Part shown: positions 1 to 11,700 of the stretch, one piece after another
Position numbering within the stretch: the stretch's first letter is position 1
How the letters are laid out: each line of letters starts with the position of its first letter
NCBI GenBank assembly: GCA_020137815.1
Contig: CM035360.1
Span: 1,116,001 to 1,180,000, forward strand
From: Hormiphora californensis
Taxonomy: Eukaryota; Animalia; Ctenophora
DNA: 64,000 nt
Reading direction: 5' to 3'
Translations under genes and position numbers: made by a program
The notes under the pieces: generated by a model
The model's input: the letters and a program-made list of their open reading frames with translations, nothing else
Told to the model about the DNA's origin: nothing
Databases searched by the model: none

Positions 1-238
<238 letters not shown>

Positions 239-809
239 TCTAACTTCATCACTATCTCTCCCTCCCTTGCACCCAATTTGCAGCTGGCTTGCTGTACGGC
301 AGTACGCCATATACCAGTATTATAATACTGTATGTTTGTTTGCGTGACCCAACCCTTTCTGATGGCCTACTGCTAACTGCACTGCTAACTGCTGCTGCCT
401 GCTGTTGATTGCAATCGATTGTCGATCTAGCTTTGGCCTACTATGGCGATCATATATCTAAAACAGCTGTTGTAGACAGTCCATATGTTTAGTTTGTCAT
501 GTACCAAAGCAAATTTAATCCTCAATATCTGAATTTTTTTAAGATACCCTTTAGCCTCCCAGCCAAGCCACCATGTCCCTGCAACCTCGCTAAAGAAGAC
601 CGCCCCTGATTAATTAGAATTAGATGTACTTATTTTCTGTGTAAAATTAGCTCAAAAGTAGATCATAGCCTTGCAGTTTGAACCATCTTGATAACTAAGT
701 CGCCGAATATGTTCCCAATTCTAGATCCAATACAATTGACCACTAACATTAACCCTCCCTCATAGCTCACAATGTTCTAACTCTGATGTAGATCTCATCC
801 TGCAACAAC

Positions 810-3800
810 ATGGTTTTTACTCGGCCATATGTCACTCCATCAACCCCCACGGGGGGAGGAGGGGCCACTGGCGGCACCCAGATTGTCCGAAGAATCATCC
901 CCAAAAACGACAACATGTCCCTATTCGGTGAAGACGAGGAATACTCCCTCTCCGACTCGGGGGGAGCCGATCCACCACCGCCTTCCTCTGTCTTTGACAC
1001 GCCCATCCCCGCGAAACGACCGATAAAACAGACCAGTTATGTTTTTGAGAAAGAGTTAAGGGAGGATTTCGCTAACCCGTACTGTAACGACAGTAGTAGT
1101 GAGGAGGATGATGAGGAGAGGGGCATCATGTTGGGAGAGATGGGCGTGTCCGAGGAGAGTCTAACCAGTCATCGCACGGTTAGTTAATAGTTTCACCCGC
1201 TCAAATGTTCCCTTTTTTGTTTATCTAAACTCGGATATTTTCCACGAAAGATGTTGTTTTGGGATTTCATAACCATCGCATTATATGTCAACTCTACACT
1301 GTACCAACATTGTAGAGTCTATGCAGATGAGTAATTTACCCCCGCCCCCAATTGACAAGATACCTAAAACTTTTCGTATATCGTCTTATCTTGATTTATC
1401 ATTAATTTTCAGCATTTTTTCAGAATTTTTTGTCGGCTAGAAAAAAATTCGAAATAGGGGGTCTACTGATAAACGAGAGGCGCAATTTAAAAATTGATAC
1501 CGTAATATCTCCGGTTCCTGATGAGATACAGAAACCGTTTTGGTAGCGTTGGAAAGGTCTTATTGAGACCAATCCAACGCAACCAAGATCATGTCATTAT
1601 CTTTTGAGGAACCGGAAACGTGAATTTCAATTTGCGAGACGCAGTGAGTGTGCCCAGTAAAACCAGTGCTGACAATATCGGTAGACCCCCTATTTCGAAT
1701 TTTTTCTAGCCGACAAAAAATGCTGAAAAAATGCTGAAAATTAATGATAAATCAAAATAAGACGATATACGAAAAGTTTTAGGTATCTTGTCAACCTTTA
1801 ATCTTCCCGTGACGTCATTTTACCTGATTTCTCCTCCCACTTGTTGTAACTCAACAACCTCCCCATATATAGGTTGGTGATAGTGGCTACGAGGATGAAA
1901 CAGGGAAGTGTGACGGGAGGATTTACCCAGAAGCAAGTCAATCTATAACAAACCCGCCCTCGTTCAGATGTGCTTCGTCAAGGTAGGTATTGAGTTATTA
2001 ACAGTTGAATTAACAATTAAATTTCTCTCCTAAAAACAAGTACAATTTAAAAATTATTGCGAGACTTGAGATGATTAGAGGGGCATCAGTAGTGTACTCG
2101 ATGTATAATTGACGTCTCCAGTATGATAGCAGCTCCTCACTGAATGGAGTGTGAATCTGAATTTTGGCTGTTTGCCGACAGTTTGAGGTCACACAATTGC
2201 AGCAAAAAGTTCAACCGTGCCGAGCTAAAATTAGGCTAGAATTATAATTCGTATTTATTTCACTTGACACATTGTAGTGGTATTACAGTCAGACCCCGAT
2301 TTACCGGGATGCTCGGGGGGAAAAGGTTTTGCCCGGTAAATCGGGGTCCGACTGTATTAAGTTCTTCACGAGTTTGTTCTAGCCATCATTTAGTCGCCCA
2401 GGGAATGCAAATCACAAGTTTAAGAGCTCCACTTTGGACTCCTTCCAATTCCAAAAACACAGGCCTTGTTCAGCTTGTATTATAACGCCGTGAAATATTC
2501 TCTCTGATTTTCCTTTCAACACATGTGTCACGACATTCCAATAGTTTTACCTATCAGTGTTTGTAATAAAGTGATTTGGTTTATAGTTTGTAGGCTCCCC
2601 AGGAGGTTAATATTCCATGGCAACCTAATAATTCCCGCGTTTCTAGGAAGACTGGGCAACACAAGATTTGACCCACGAGACAGCTCGACTCAGTATGAAC
2701 AGCCAGTTATCCAGTTCTAGCTCGGAGGATGACGGCATGCCTCTTGTTATTCAGGTAACCATGGTAACTATGATAACCATGGTAACCACCATAACTGTCA
2801 GTGACTCATAGTACTTAGTTATAGTGGTTATAGCTCGAGACTCACAGCATAGCATGACATCATGCATAGAATATACTTGCTATGAGCTGTACTAGAACCC
2901 TAACTAGTTAGGTTTCTAACTTTTCTTTCTTTGCAGGATCGGATGTCGGTGGAGGAAGTCCAGGGAATGAGCGTACAACAACTCAGAAGCGTGGCATCCC
3001 TTCTACATCTCGAATTTACACGTACGTTATATTCTAACTCTCCTTTACATTTGTAAATGCGGGACGCAGTAACACAGGGTCGAACAATTGGCATACTCCA
3101 GCCCCGACAATAAAGCCTTGGGGTATAAAATTAGTCATCCCAAATCTTCCGTGCAATGAGCAATGGTTCATTATTCGAATTAAGTCTTTGTCAACTTGTC
3201 CTGTCTCCTGAACAATCAACAAGTATTATTATATGGTATCACAAAGTTAGACAGGGCATTTTCTTTGAGAGATAGTATCTTGAAAAGGGATAGGGGAAGA
3301 GAGAAGGAAGAGAGGTATAGAGAGATTGGGAGAGAGAGAGAGATAGAAAACTAAAAATTAGTAAACTTTACTTTACAGGAATACTTTACTGTAAAGTATT
3401 CCTGTAACGTGATGACAACAAAATATTCTTCTAGAACTTAATACTAACACAAAAACATACGGACAAGCATATGTTTTAATGTTTTAACCCCAAACATCCA
3501 CTCCGTACGTAGTTTATGACACCCTTTCCCCAGGTATCAATGGTGAGCTGATGGGCCATCTGTCGGACAGGGATGACCTAACGGAACTTCAGGATGAATT
3601 ACTTCAGAAAATATTTACTTTGAAAAAGTAAGCAATTAATTAAGTAAACAATTAATTAAGTAAGCAATTGTTTTGTTCTGATGTCTTGTGATCTGAATCG
3701 GGTTCTGATGACGCGTAGAACCAGCAGTTATCTGCTATGGCTTACTAATACTTGGAGTATTATTTCACAAACAACTGTCTGTTGTGTTGCATGTGTAACT

Positions 3801-4085
3801 TTCGAAGTGTCCCTGAAGTCCAATTAATCCCTTCCTGTTTCTAGTACTAAAAACCAAGCCCACACTTTCTTAATCAACTCACACTTGCCCAAACTCACCA
3901 GCCCGTTGAGTCGCCTGACAATGACACTGTGTCCGCGCTATGAACAATTCAAGCAGTCCAAACTCACACCCGGTATTCTTTGCAGTGCAAAACCAACGAC
4001 ATGCGGGGAGGAGGAGAAAACAATAACCGACAAACCAGAGGCAAAGTTCTCTCGACGTCTTTCCTCGTTTTTCCAAAGACATTAG
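810..4085 (+). CDS. SCHIP1-like (schwannomin-interacting protein 1 family) coiled-coil protein, 6 exons, with an apparent 1-nt frameshift in exon 2
   Basis: GT-AG exons 810-1178, 1873-1982, 2647-2754, 2937-3021, 3534-3627, 3845-4085. Translation contains LVQMCFVKE and MSVQQLRSVASLLHLEFTRINGELMGHLSDRDDLTELQDELLQKI. These resemble, from memory, the SCHIP1 motifs LQICFVND and [37 protein letters not shown]. The frame must shift once near 1915. Confidence 0.65.
1352..1797. mobile_element. Non-autonomous TIR element (MITE), Kolobok-like
   Basis: About 115-bp inverted arms TTGACAAGATACCTAAAACTTTTCG... / ...CGAAAAGTTTTAGGTATCTTGTCAACCT, followed by TTAA (1798-1801). The left end lacks the terminal AGG. 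Confidence 0.8.
2286..2354. mobile_element. Tc1/mariner-type MITE, family CAGTCGGACCCCGATTT (short copy)
   Basis: TA|CAGTCAGACCCCGATTTACCGGG...CCCGGTAAATCGGGGTCCGACTG|TA. Related copies at 45480-45527, 51293-51393, 54068-54239 and 61578-61765. Confidence 0.85.
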
Positions 4086-4770
4086 GATAGCTCAAAATGT
4101 TTAATTTAATTTATTTTAACTCCGAGTTTTTATACAAATAGAGAGTAAGACTGGAGAGAGATAGAGAGAGATGGGGGAGAGAGAGGGAGAGAGGGAGAGA
4201 GAGAGGTGGGGAGAAGGAGAAAAAAGAGTACAGTGAGAGAAAGAACGGTATTTTGTTTTTCAAAGAGATTGTTTTCTTTCAATTGGGTTAATCATTGTGA
4301 AAAAATTCAGTAAATTCAGGGATTTTTAAGCGACCTGAACCGTGTTGAATAATACTGCAGCATGCATCATACCTGCTGGTAATGGTGTCACACTAAGATA
4401 TAAAAATGAAAGGGGAAGGCAGAGGATTTAAATTCATTTTTATGTTTGTTAAAAGTTTCTTATAAGTTTTGATCTTTGGGCCACCTGCTAGATTAAACAA
4501 TGTTCTAGGAAGTAATTATATCGTGTTATCTAGCACATACATTATGAATATTTGACATGTATATTATTTCCCTGTTTAAATATTTTGTTTAAAAACCCGC
4601 TGTTTTCCTTTTATTCACCGGATTACCGAACGAAAAGGACAATACAAGGCCCACAGGCAGAGACCGGACCATGGCTGACACATAATTGAAGATTCAGGTA
4701 TAAGATGCATGTCGCATCATCATTCGTTTCATTTATGGATGAACAAGGACTTATCGACAAAAATTTAACA

Positions 4771-6390
4771 ACCCGGTGCGCGTCGCAACTTTGCGCGCTT
4801 CTTCGGCGCGCGTCGCGTGTTTAAATAAAATAAATTCCAAATCAAAAATTCAAACTTTTTTGCTCCAAAAAATTTGGAGCAAAAAAACTTTTTTCTCTTT
4901 TCTGGATTTAGGTTGTTTTTTAAAAATCAGCAACAAGTTTGGCATGAGCTGTCATCTGGGCCAGATAATCTGGTCGCTGCTGTCCCCTAGTACAGGAGTT
5001 TTTGACAGCTACAACAGATTCCAGGACTGCAGGCCAAGCTTCCGCCATAATTTTTGGTTCCAGACTTCCAGTGGTAGCCCCTGGATCCTGCTCACGCCTC
5101 ACGGTAGTGGGGACTCCCCCTAGGGCCTAGTCCCTGTAAGTCATGGAAATGTTGTCAAAAACTGCCCGAACCTAGAAATCATTAGGGGCAAGCTAATTTT
5201 TGCACAATCCGATAGTCAATAGGCCCCTGAACCACCAAAAAAAAGTCCCAAGCCCAACTCCTGGGGGAAGTGCCCCTAATTGGCCCTAATTGATTACAGT
5301 GTATTTGTAACCATCAATTAAATCGTAAATCGTCTTAGGAAAGGAGTAGAGGGAAAACCAAGGGCACTAAAGTGTTCAGCGTCCTCGCATTAGTGGGGGT
5401 AGGTGCTGGAATTAAGTCTCTATCTCATCTGGTTAATTAGATAATTGGATGATTAGATCCGCACATAGCCGTTTTTGGCCACATGGCTATAGCCACTTGG
5501 GAATGGTTTAGAGACTTTTCACTGGTGCCATTTTGTAGACAATGGCTAAGTTATGGGGGGTCGTGGTCGGACTTTTAAGCTCTATCTCAAACCGTTTAGC
5601 CGTTATTTGGATTCAAAGGTGCTGAAAATGAGCAAAAAATGGTAAAAAGTACGATTTTGAGCCTCTTTGTGGATCTTTGAATCCAAATAACGGCTAAACG
5701 GTTTGAGATAGAGCTTAAAAGTCCGACCACGACCCCCCATAACTTAGCCATTGCCTACAAAATGGCACCAGTGAAAAGTCTCTAAACCATTCCCAAGTGG
5801 CTATAGCCATGTGGCCAAAAACGGCTATGTGCGGATCTAATTATCCAATTATCTAATTAACCAGATGAGATAGAGACTTAATTTCAGCACCTACCCCCAC
5901 TATTTCGAGGACGCTGATCATTTTAGTGCCCTCGGTTTTGTCTCTACTCTTTTCCTAAGTGGCTATAGCCATATAGCCAAAAAACGGCTCTGCGCAAACC
6001 TAATTATCCAATTATCTAATTAACCAGATGAGATAGAGACTTAATTCCAGCACCTACCCCCACTAATGCGAGGACGCTGAACACTTTAGTGCCCTTGGTT
6101 TTCCCTCTACTCCTTTCCTAAGACGATTTACGATTTAATTGATGGTTACAAATACACTGTAATCAATTAGGGCCAATTAGGGGCACTTCCCCCAGGAGTT
6201 GGGCTTGGGACTTTTTTTTGGTGGTTCAGGGGCCTATTGACTATCGGATTGTGCAAAAATTAGCTTGCCCCTAATGATTTCTTGGTTCTAACAAGAATTC
6301 CATGAATTACTGCTGGGTTCCCGTCTTGGCATGCTTGTAAAATAAAATCCAAACGAAAAATGCACTGGTGTACGGCGCACCTAGACGGGT
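4771..6390. mobile_element. Foldback-type non-autonomous DNA element with long internal inverted repeats
   Basis: About 5170-5615 is mirrored in about 5675-6285, with an extra subrepeat in the right arm. Subrepeats (GCATTAGTGGGGGTAG, ATAATTGGATAATTAG) are shared with the 12781-15068 element. Termini are degenerate (ACCCG...CGGGT), so boundaries are approximate. Confidence 0.7.
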
Positions 6391-6753
6391 ATCAAAATTC
6401 AAATGTAAAGTTATTGAATTGTAAAATGTTTCTTGGTTCAAGTTTCAACCAACGATATTTTCAACGCAACCAAGTTGGTATCATTGAAAAGATCGTATCG
6501 CGTACGTTCCAACGCAGTACGCACCAAAGATCGAGTTATTATTAGTTAAGTTATCAGGAACCAGAGATATTTTGGCCGTATTACGTACGCCAGACCCACA
6601 GCTAGGAGCCGGTATAATAGACCCCATATAGACCCTAAATTTATTATCTGACAGATGCATTTTGTTGAAAGTTTTAACAAAACTAGCTAAAAGTTGCCAA
6701 CCACCAAAAGTTTATCTCGCTCGGCCATTCCCTCTAGATAATCCTACCAAACA

Positions 6754-7246
6754 ATGTCCACTGCTGGAATAGTCCAGTATGTTATAGTACGGTCGGACCT
6801 CGTTAAAACATGGCCATTGGGTGCTCTAATAGCCCAGGCTTGCCACGCCTGTACGGCTGTAATGCACGTGTACAGAGATGATACGCATGTGAAGGAGTAC
6901 ACGGCAGATCTTGATAACATGCATAAATGTGTTCTAGAGGTTCGTTCTTTAGAATAATTGTCAATTGATCATGATCATATCACTCAACTAAGTCGTTTAG
7001 TGCGTTTTAGTAGCTCGTTCCCCAGAAAATTCTTAATTCTACCCCCTGACATATTTTACTATGCTGTGTATCCAGGTAAAAAGTGAATCAGAGTTAGCAG
7101 CGCTGTCAGCCAAACTAACTGAAAACTCAGTGCAACACAAACTCTGGATAGAACAACCTGAGAATTATCCAACTTGCCTGGCCGTGAAACCCTACCCAAA
7201 GGACGATGTTAAAAACTATTTTAAGAAACTGAAACTTTTAAAATAA
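6754..7246 (+). CDS. PTRHD1: Peptidyl-tRNA hydrolase domain-containing protein 1 (PTH2-like fold), 2 exons
   Basis: Exons 6754-6939 and 7076-7246 (phase-0 GT-AG intron). Motifs VQYVIVRSDL..WPLGALIAQACHA, LDNMHKCVLE and HKLWIEQPENYPTCLAVKPYPK are typical of PTRHD1. Confidence 0.93.
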
Positions 7247-7463
7247 ACTTTGCATTTTTTTGTTGGTTGTTTTATTTCTTATTTGATACATTGTACTAAT
7301 TTAGTGTATTTAATATTTCTTTGGGTATGATATCCCTCATTTCTCTCCCTCCTGTGCTGTACTCTCTCATGATGTCGCACGCTACGTTAGTTAGGAGTGG
7401 GGACATCGTACCCAATGTATTTCACACTATACTAATGCACCAAATCCCTGATAGCAGCTTCAC

Positions 7464-8646
7464 ATGGCTACTACCATGGAGCCTGGTGGAGGTGGTGGAG
7501 CCCCGTCACCAATTAGCGGTCTGCAGCAACCACCTGAGAAGACGGCCACTCCACAACCACAAAGTGATAAAACTGTCCTTGATTTTATGCGAAAGCGAAG
7601 GAAGCAGACGAAGAAAATGTGCAGTGTATGCTTTACGGTAAGAGTTAGTAGTATGTGGTGCAGATTGCAGAATGAATTAGTAGAATAAAGTAGTGGAGAA
7701 TAAATGTTTTTTTGGGTACTTTATTGAGGTCTTCGTCCCTCTCTTCGGCAGAGCAACGAAATAAAAATGGTGTGGGCTGGATAAAATAAGAGAATATAAT
7801 ATAATATTCAAGATCAAAATGTATATCAGAATATATTCAAGATCAAAAATGATATATTATAAAACGCCCCCACTCCCCCTTAACATAACTCCTCCACCCC
7901 CTCTTCAGAGCCTGCCATATACACCAGCGGAGTTTCCTATCACTCTGAACTGCAGACATATCACGTGTGCCAGCTGCCTCAACCAGTACTTCAGAAATCA
8001 GGTGAGTGGGTGTCTAAACCAATACTTCAGAAATCAGTTGAGTCTCTCGTTGTTACCCGAAATAAAATTTTAGAGCAATCATTCACCATTCTTTGTTATA
8101 CCCCATTGGCCCCGCCATCTATTGCTGGCCTTTAAAGGTAAAAGGCACTGATGCGTCTATGAGCGTGTGTAAAACTCCTTTGCAGTTCTGAGGAAGGCCA
8201 GGCCACACGTGGACTAAATTATATTGTGAAGTTCTATAGAAAAGTGTCCATTCTCGAATGTTTAGAACAGCTCCTCTGCAGAAGATCATCCATCCCTGTG
8301 CGATATATGAATTATGAATTGTATAGAGTTTTGAATTCCTAGAAAGTTGTGCCAGCCACTATCTAGAACAAGAGAGACAGAGAAAGAGAGAGGAAAATAG
8401 AGCGAGAGAGAGGGAGGGAGGGAGACACTAACTAGTTAATGCTCTAGTTAGTTATGTATGTCTGAGTCTCTGCGCTTAATATATCTTAACTATTAGCTCA
8501 AAGAAAGGAGCAGAGAGGCTAGACGGAGAGACGATGAGAGAAAGAGGGAGAGAGATAGAGAGAGAGAGCGAGGAGAGAGAGCTCTCTATCTATATCTCTT
8601 CTCTCTCTCTCTCTCTCTACTCTCTCTCTCTCTCTCTCTCTCTTCG

Positions 8647-8686
<40 letters not shown>

Positions 8687-8691
8687 CTCTC

Positions 8692-8725
<34 letters not shown>

Positions 8726-11700
8726 GCTCTCTCTATCTCTCTATCTCTCTATCTCCCCCTCTTTATCTATATAATATCTCTTCCTCAGATTGTCAAAGGG
8801 ATAACGAACATTTGTTGCCCAAAACATGGTTGTTACGACGCCTACACCCCTTATGATATACTGCTCATTCTCAATGATGAGACACTACACCTCAAATATC
8901 AAGGTAAAGTTGTATGTGCTTTTATATATTTTATGTACTGAATATATTATAAAATATTCTTATATCATTCTTGTTCTCTTCTCAAAATATGGTTTATCGT
9001 GGGGGTGACATTGACAGCTTTGAAATTCATTCACTCACAAATTTGCAGAATGCAGCTGTCCCCGCTATTTAAATAGTCACACACGCAATATGAGTTTTCA
9101 ATTTTGACACACTAATGGCCCATGTAACATCAGACATCTAGCGTCTAGAATTGAATTGTTCACAATATAGCTGTGCGAGAGAGTCTAAAAAATGCGGTTA
9201 TAGAGAAAAGGTGTGTGTAAGATGAGATTTAATACGGACCTCTCGGAAAGAGGAGACGACCCTATAGAGAGGAGACTGTCTAAAGATGGTCTTTATCTTT
9301 TTAATTATATGATCATGGGAGACTTCAATTTCCAGGTTCAAGACTCAGGCAACTTTTATGCGAGGAAGCTTCTTCACCTTTTGGACTCATTTGACTTTGT
9401 GCAGAATGTACCATCAGTTCCGACTCATGTGAGGGGAGGAACTCTGGATCTGATGATCTGTCAGCGTGATTTTCTCACTAAACTGGAAAACGTGCAAGTC
9501 TTTCCGGATGGGACGTTGTCAGACCATTTCTTGGCTACAGTGGACCTAAAGCTCTCTACCCCTGGGGATGATTATAGGACGTGGAGGAAGATGTACAGCT
9601 ACAGAGATTTTAATTCGGTTGATCCAGAGGAATTCAGACGTGCTCTCCAGGAAGTTTGTCTTCGGGTTCCAGATGGGTGTACTGCAGAGGAGGCTTTGAG
9701 GATCTATGATAGTGCGTTAGAGGAGGTGGTGAGGAAACTGGTACCGATGAAGAGAAGGAAGGAAGTAAAGAGTGTTAAGTTGTGGAGGGAGAGACAAGAT
9801 GTTCGGGAGGCACTAAGGGAGAGGAGGAGAGCAGAAAGGGCTTGGGAATCTAACAAGACAGGACTCAACAAGATACAGTACAAGGAACTACAGAGGCGTT
9901 TTGAAAAGATTGATAAGCAGGCGAGGATGGAATTTTCCCGGAAGCAGCTTGAGGAGGTTAAAGATGATCCTGCAGCGCTGCAGAAGAGGCTAGGTCGTCT
10001 AATTGGAAAGTCTGAAACTGTTCTGCCAGGAGGAGTGTCAGACGGAAAGTTGGCAGGGGATTTTGCAGAGTTCTTCAGTGGGAAGATTGAGAAGATTCGG
10101 ACAGCGGTTCGGGATGAGCAAGAGGATGGTTCTGAGGAGCTCACTGTGGATTCTCTGCCTGCGCCTACCTGTACTCTAACCAAGTTTGAGGAAATCAGAG
10201 TTAATGAATTAGTTCGGGTTGTCAAGGAAATGTCATCGAAGTCTTGTGATCTGGACCCTATTCCGACCTGGTTGGTGAAAGACTGCCTTGAAGAACTAGC
10301 GCCGATCCTGACGAACATTATCAACAAATCCCTTCTACGATCTACTGTTCCAGATATTATGCAGAAAGCATTGGTGATGCCAACGATAAAGAACCCCAAT
10401 GGGGACACTGATTTATTTTCGAACTACAGGCCGGTTTCTAACATATCGTTTGTATCGAAGGTACTGGAGAAAGTTGTGCTCAATCAGTTAAACTCATACC
10501 TATGGATGAACGACCTACTCAATGCAGACCAATCTGGGTATAGGGCGGGGCATAGTTGTGAAACACTGCTTGCTGGAATGTTTGATGACCTGTTGAAGGA
10601 TTTGGATTCTGGCAAAGTATCGGCCCTTCTGCTGCTTGACATGAGTGCGGCTTTCGATACTGTGGATCATTCGAAGCTGATTGGAATTTTGGAGGCAAGG
10701 TTTCGGGTAAGAGGATCTGCGCTTGAATGGTTTAGAAGCTACCTTAGCAAAAGGACTTTTAAAGTGAATGTTCGTGGGGAACTCTCGGCGGCGATTGCAC
10801 TAATCTGTGGAGTCCCACAGGGGTCCCTTCTTGGACCTGTTTTATTCTTGCTGTACATTGAGGAACTTCAGGATATTGTTCGTCCCTATGGCCTAAAGAT
10901 CAAACTGTATGCAGATGACTCTCAGATATACTTTGGACTGGTTCCGAGTGATGCAGAGGGGTGGAGTTCCAGTAAAAAGACCCTAGAGGATTGTCTCAAG
11001 AATGTCAAAACATGGATGGTTAACCATGGACTTAAGTGTAATGAGGACAAGACGGAGTTTCTACTGTTGGGAAAGACAAGCTCCTTGGAAAAGATGGCAT
11101 TTGATCCAGAGATCCAGTTTGGAGGTTCGGTGGTCAGGCCTATGGAATGTAAGGGGACGACAGGAAAGACCCTTGGTGTTCTCATGGACCATCAGTTGAC
11201 TCTTGAGAGACAGATATTCAATGTTAAGAAACAGTGTGGCCTTATGCTCAAGAACTTGTGGCAGGTCAACAAGTGTCTTGACAAAGATACCAAGATTATG
11301 TTGGTCAAGCAACTGGTCATTTCCCGGATTGATTACTGCAACATCCTTTACTATGGACTACCTAAGAGGATATTGAGGTATCTTCAGAAGACCCTGAATT
11401 CTTGTGTGCGTTTCATTTTCAATCTAAAGGGACATCAGGATGACTACACAGAATACTACAAGGAGGCACACATTCTACCTATTGAGCAGAGGCTGACTTT
11501 CAAGGCATGTCTTTTGGCGTACAAGATTGTACGAGGCACTGCACCCAAGTATCTGATGGACCTGGTCCCTCGTGATGACAATCCTGAACCTGTAAAACCT
11601 ACCCGATCTACCTCAGTTCCAGATTTCTTCAGGTTGAAATATCCAAAGCTCTCAAGTGTAAATGCGAATTCTAAGTTAAGAAGGAGGAGGATCTCTGTAT

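Noticed and set aside
9704-10408. 234-aa antisense ORF within LINE ORF2, and similar antisense ORFs in the LTR element and second LINE
   Set aside because: Shadow ORFs of coding sequence with no recognisable motifs.
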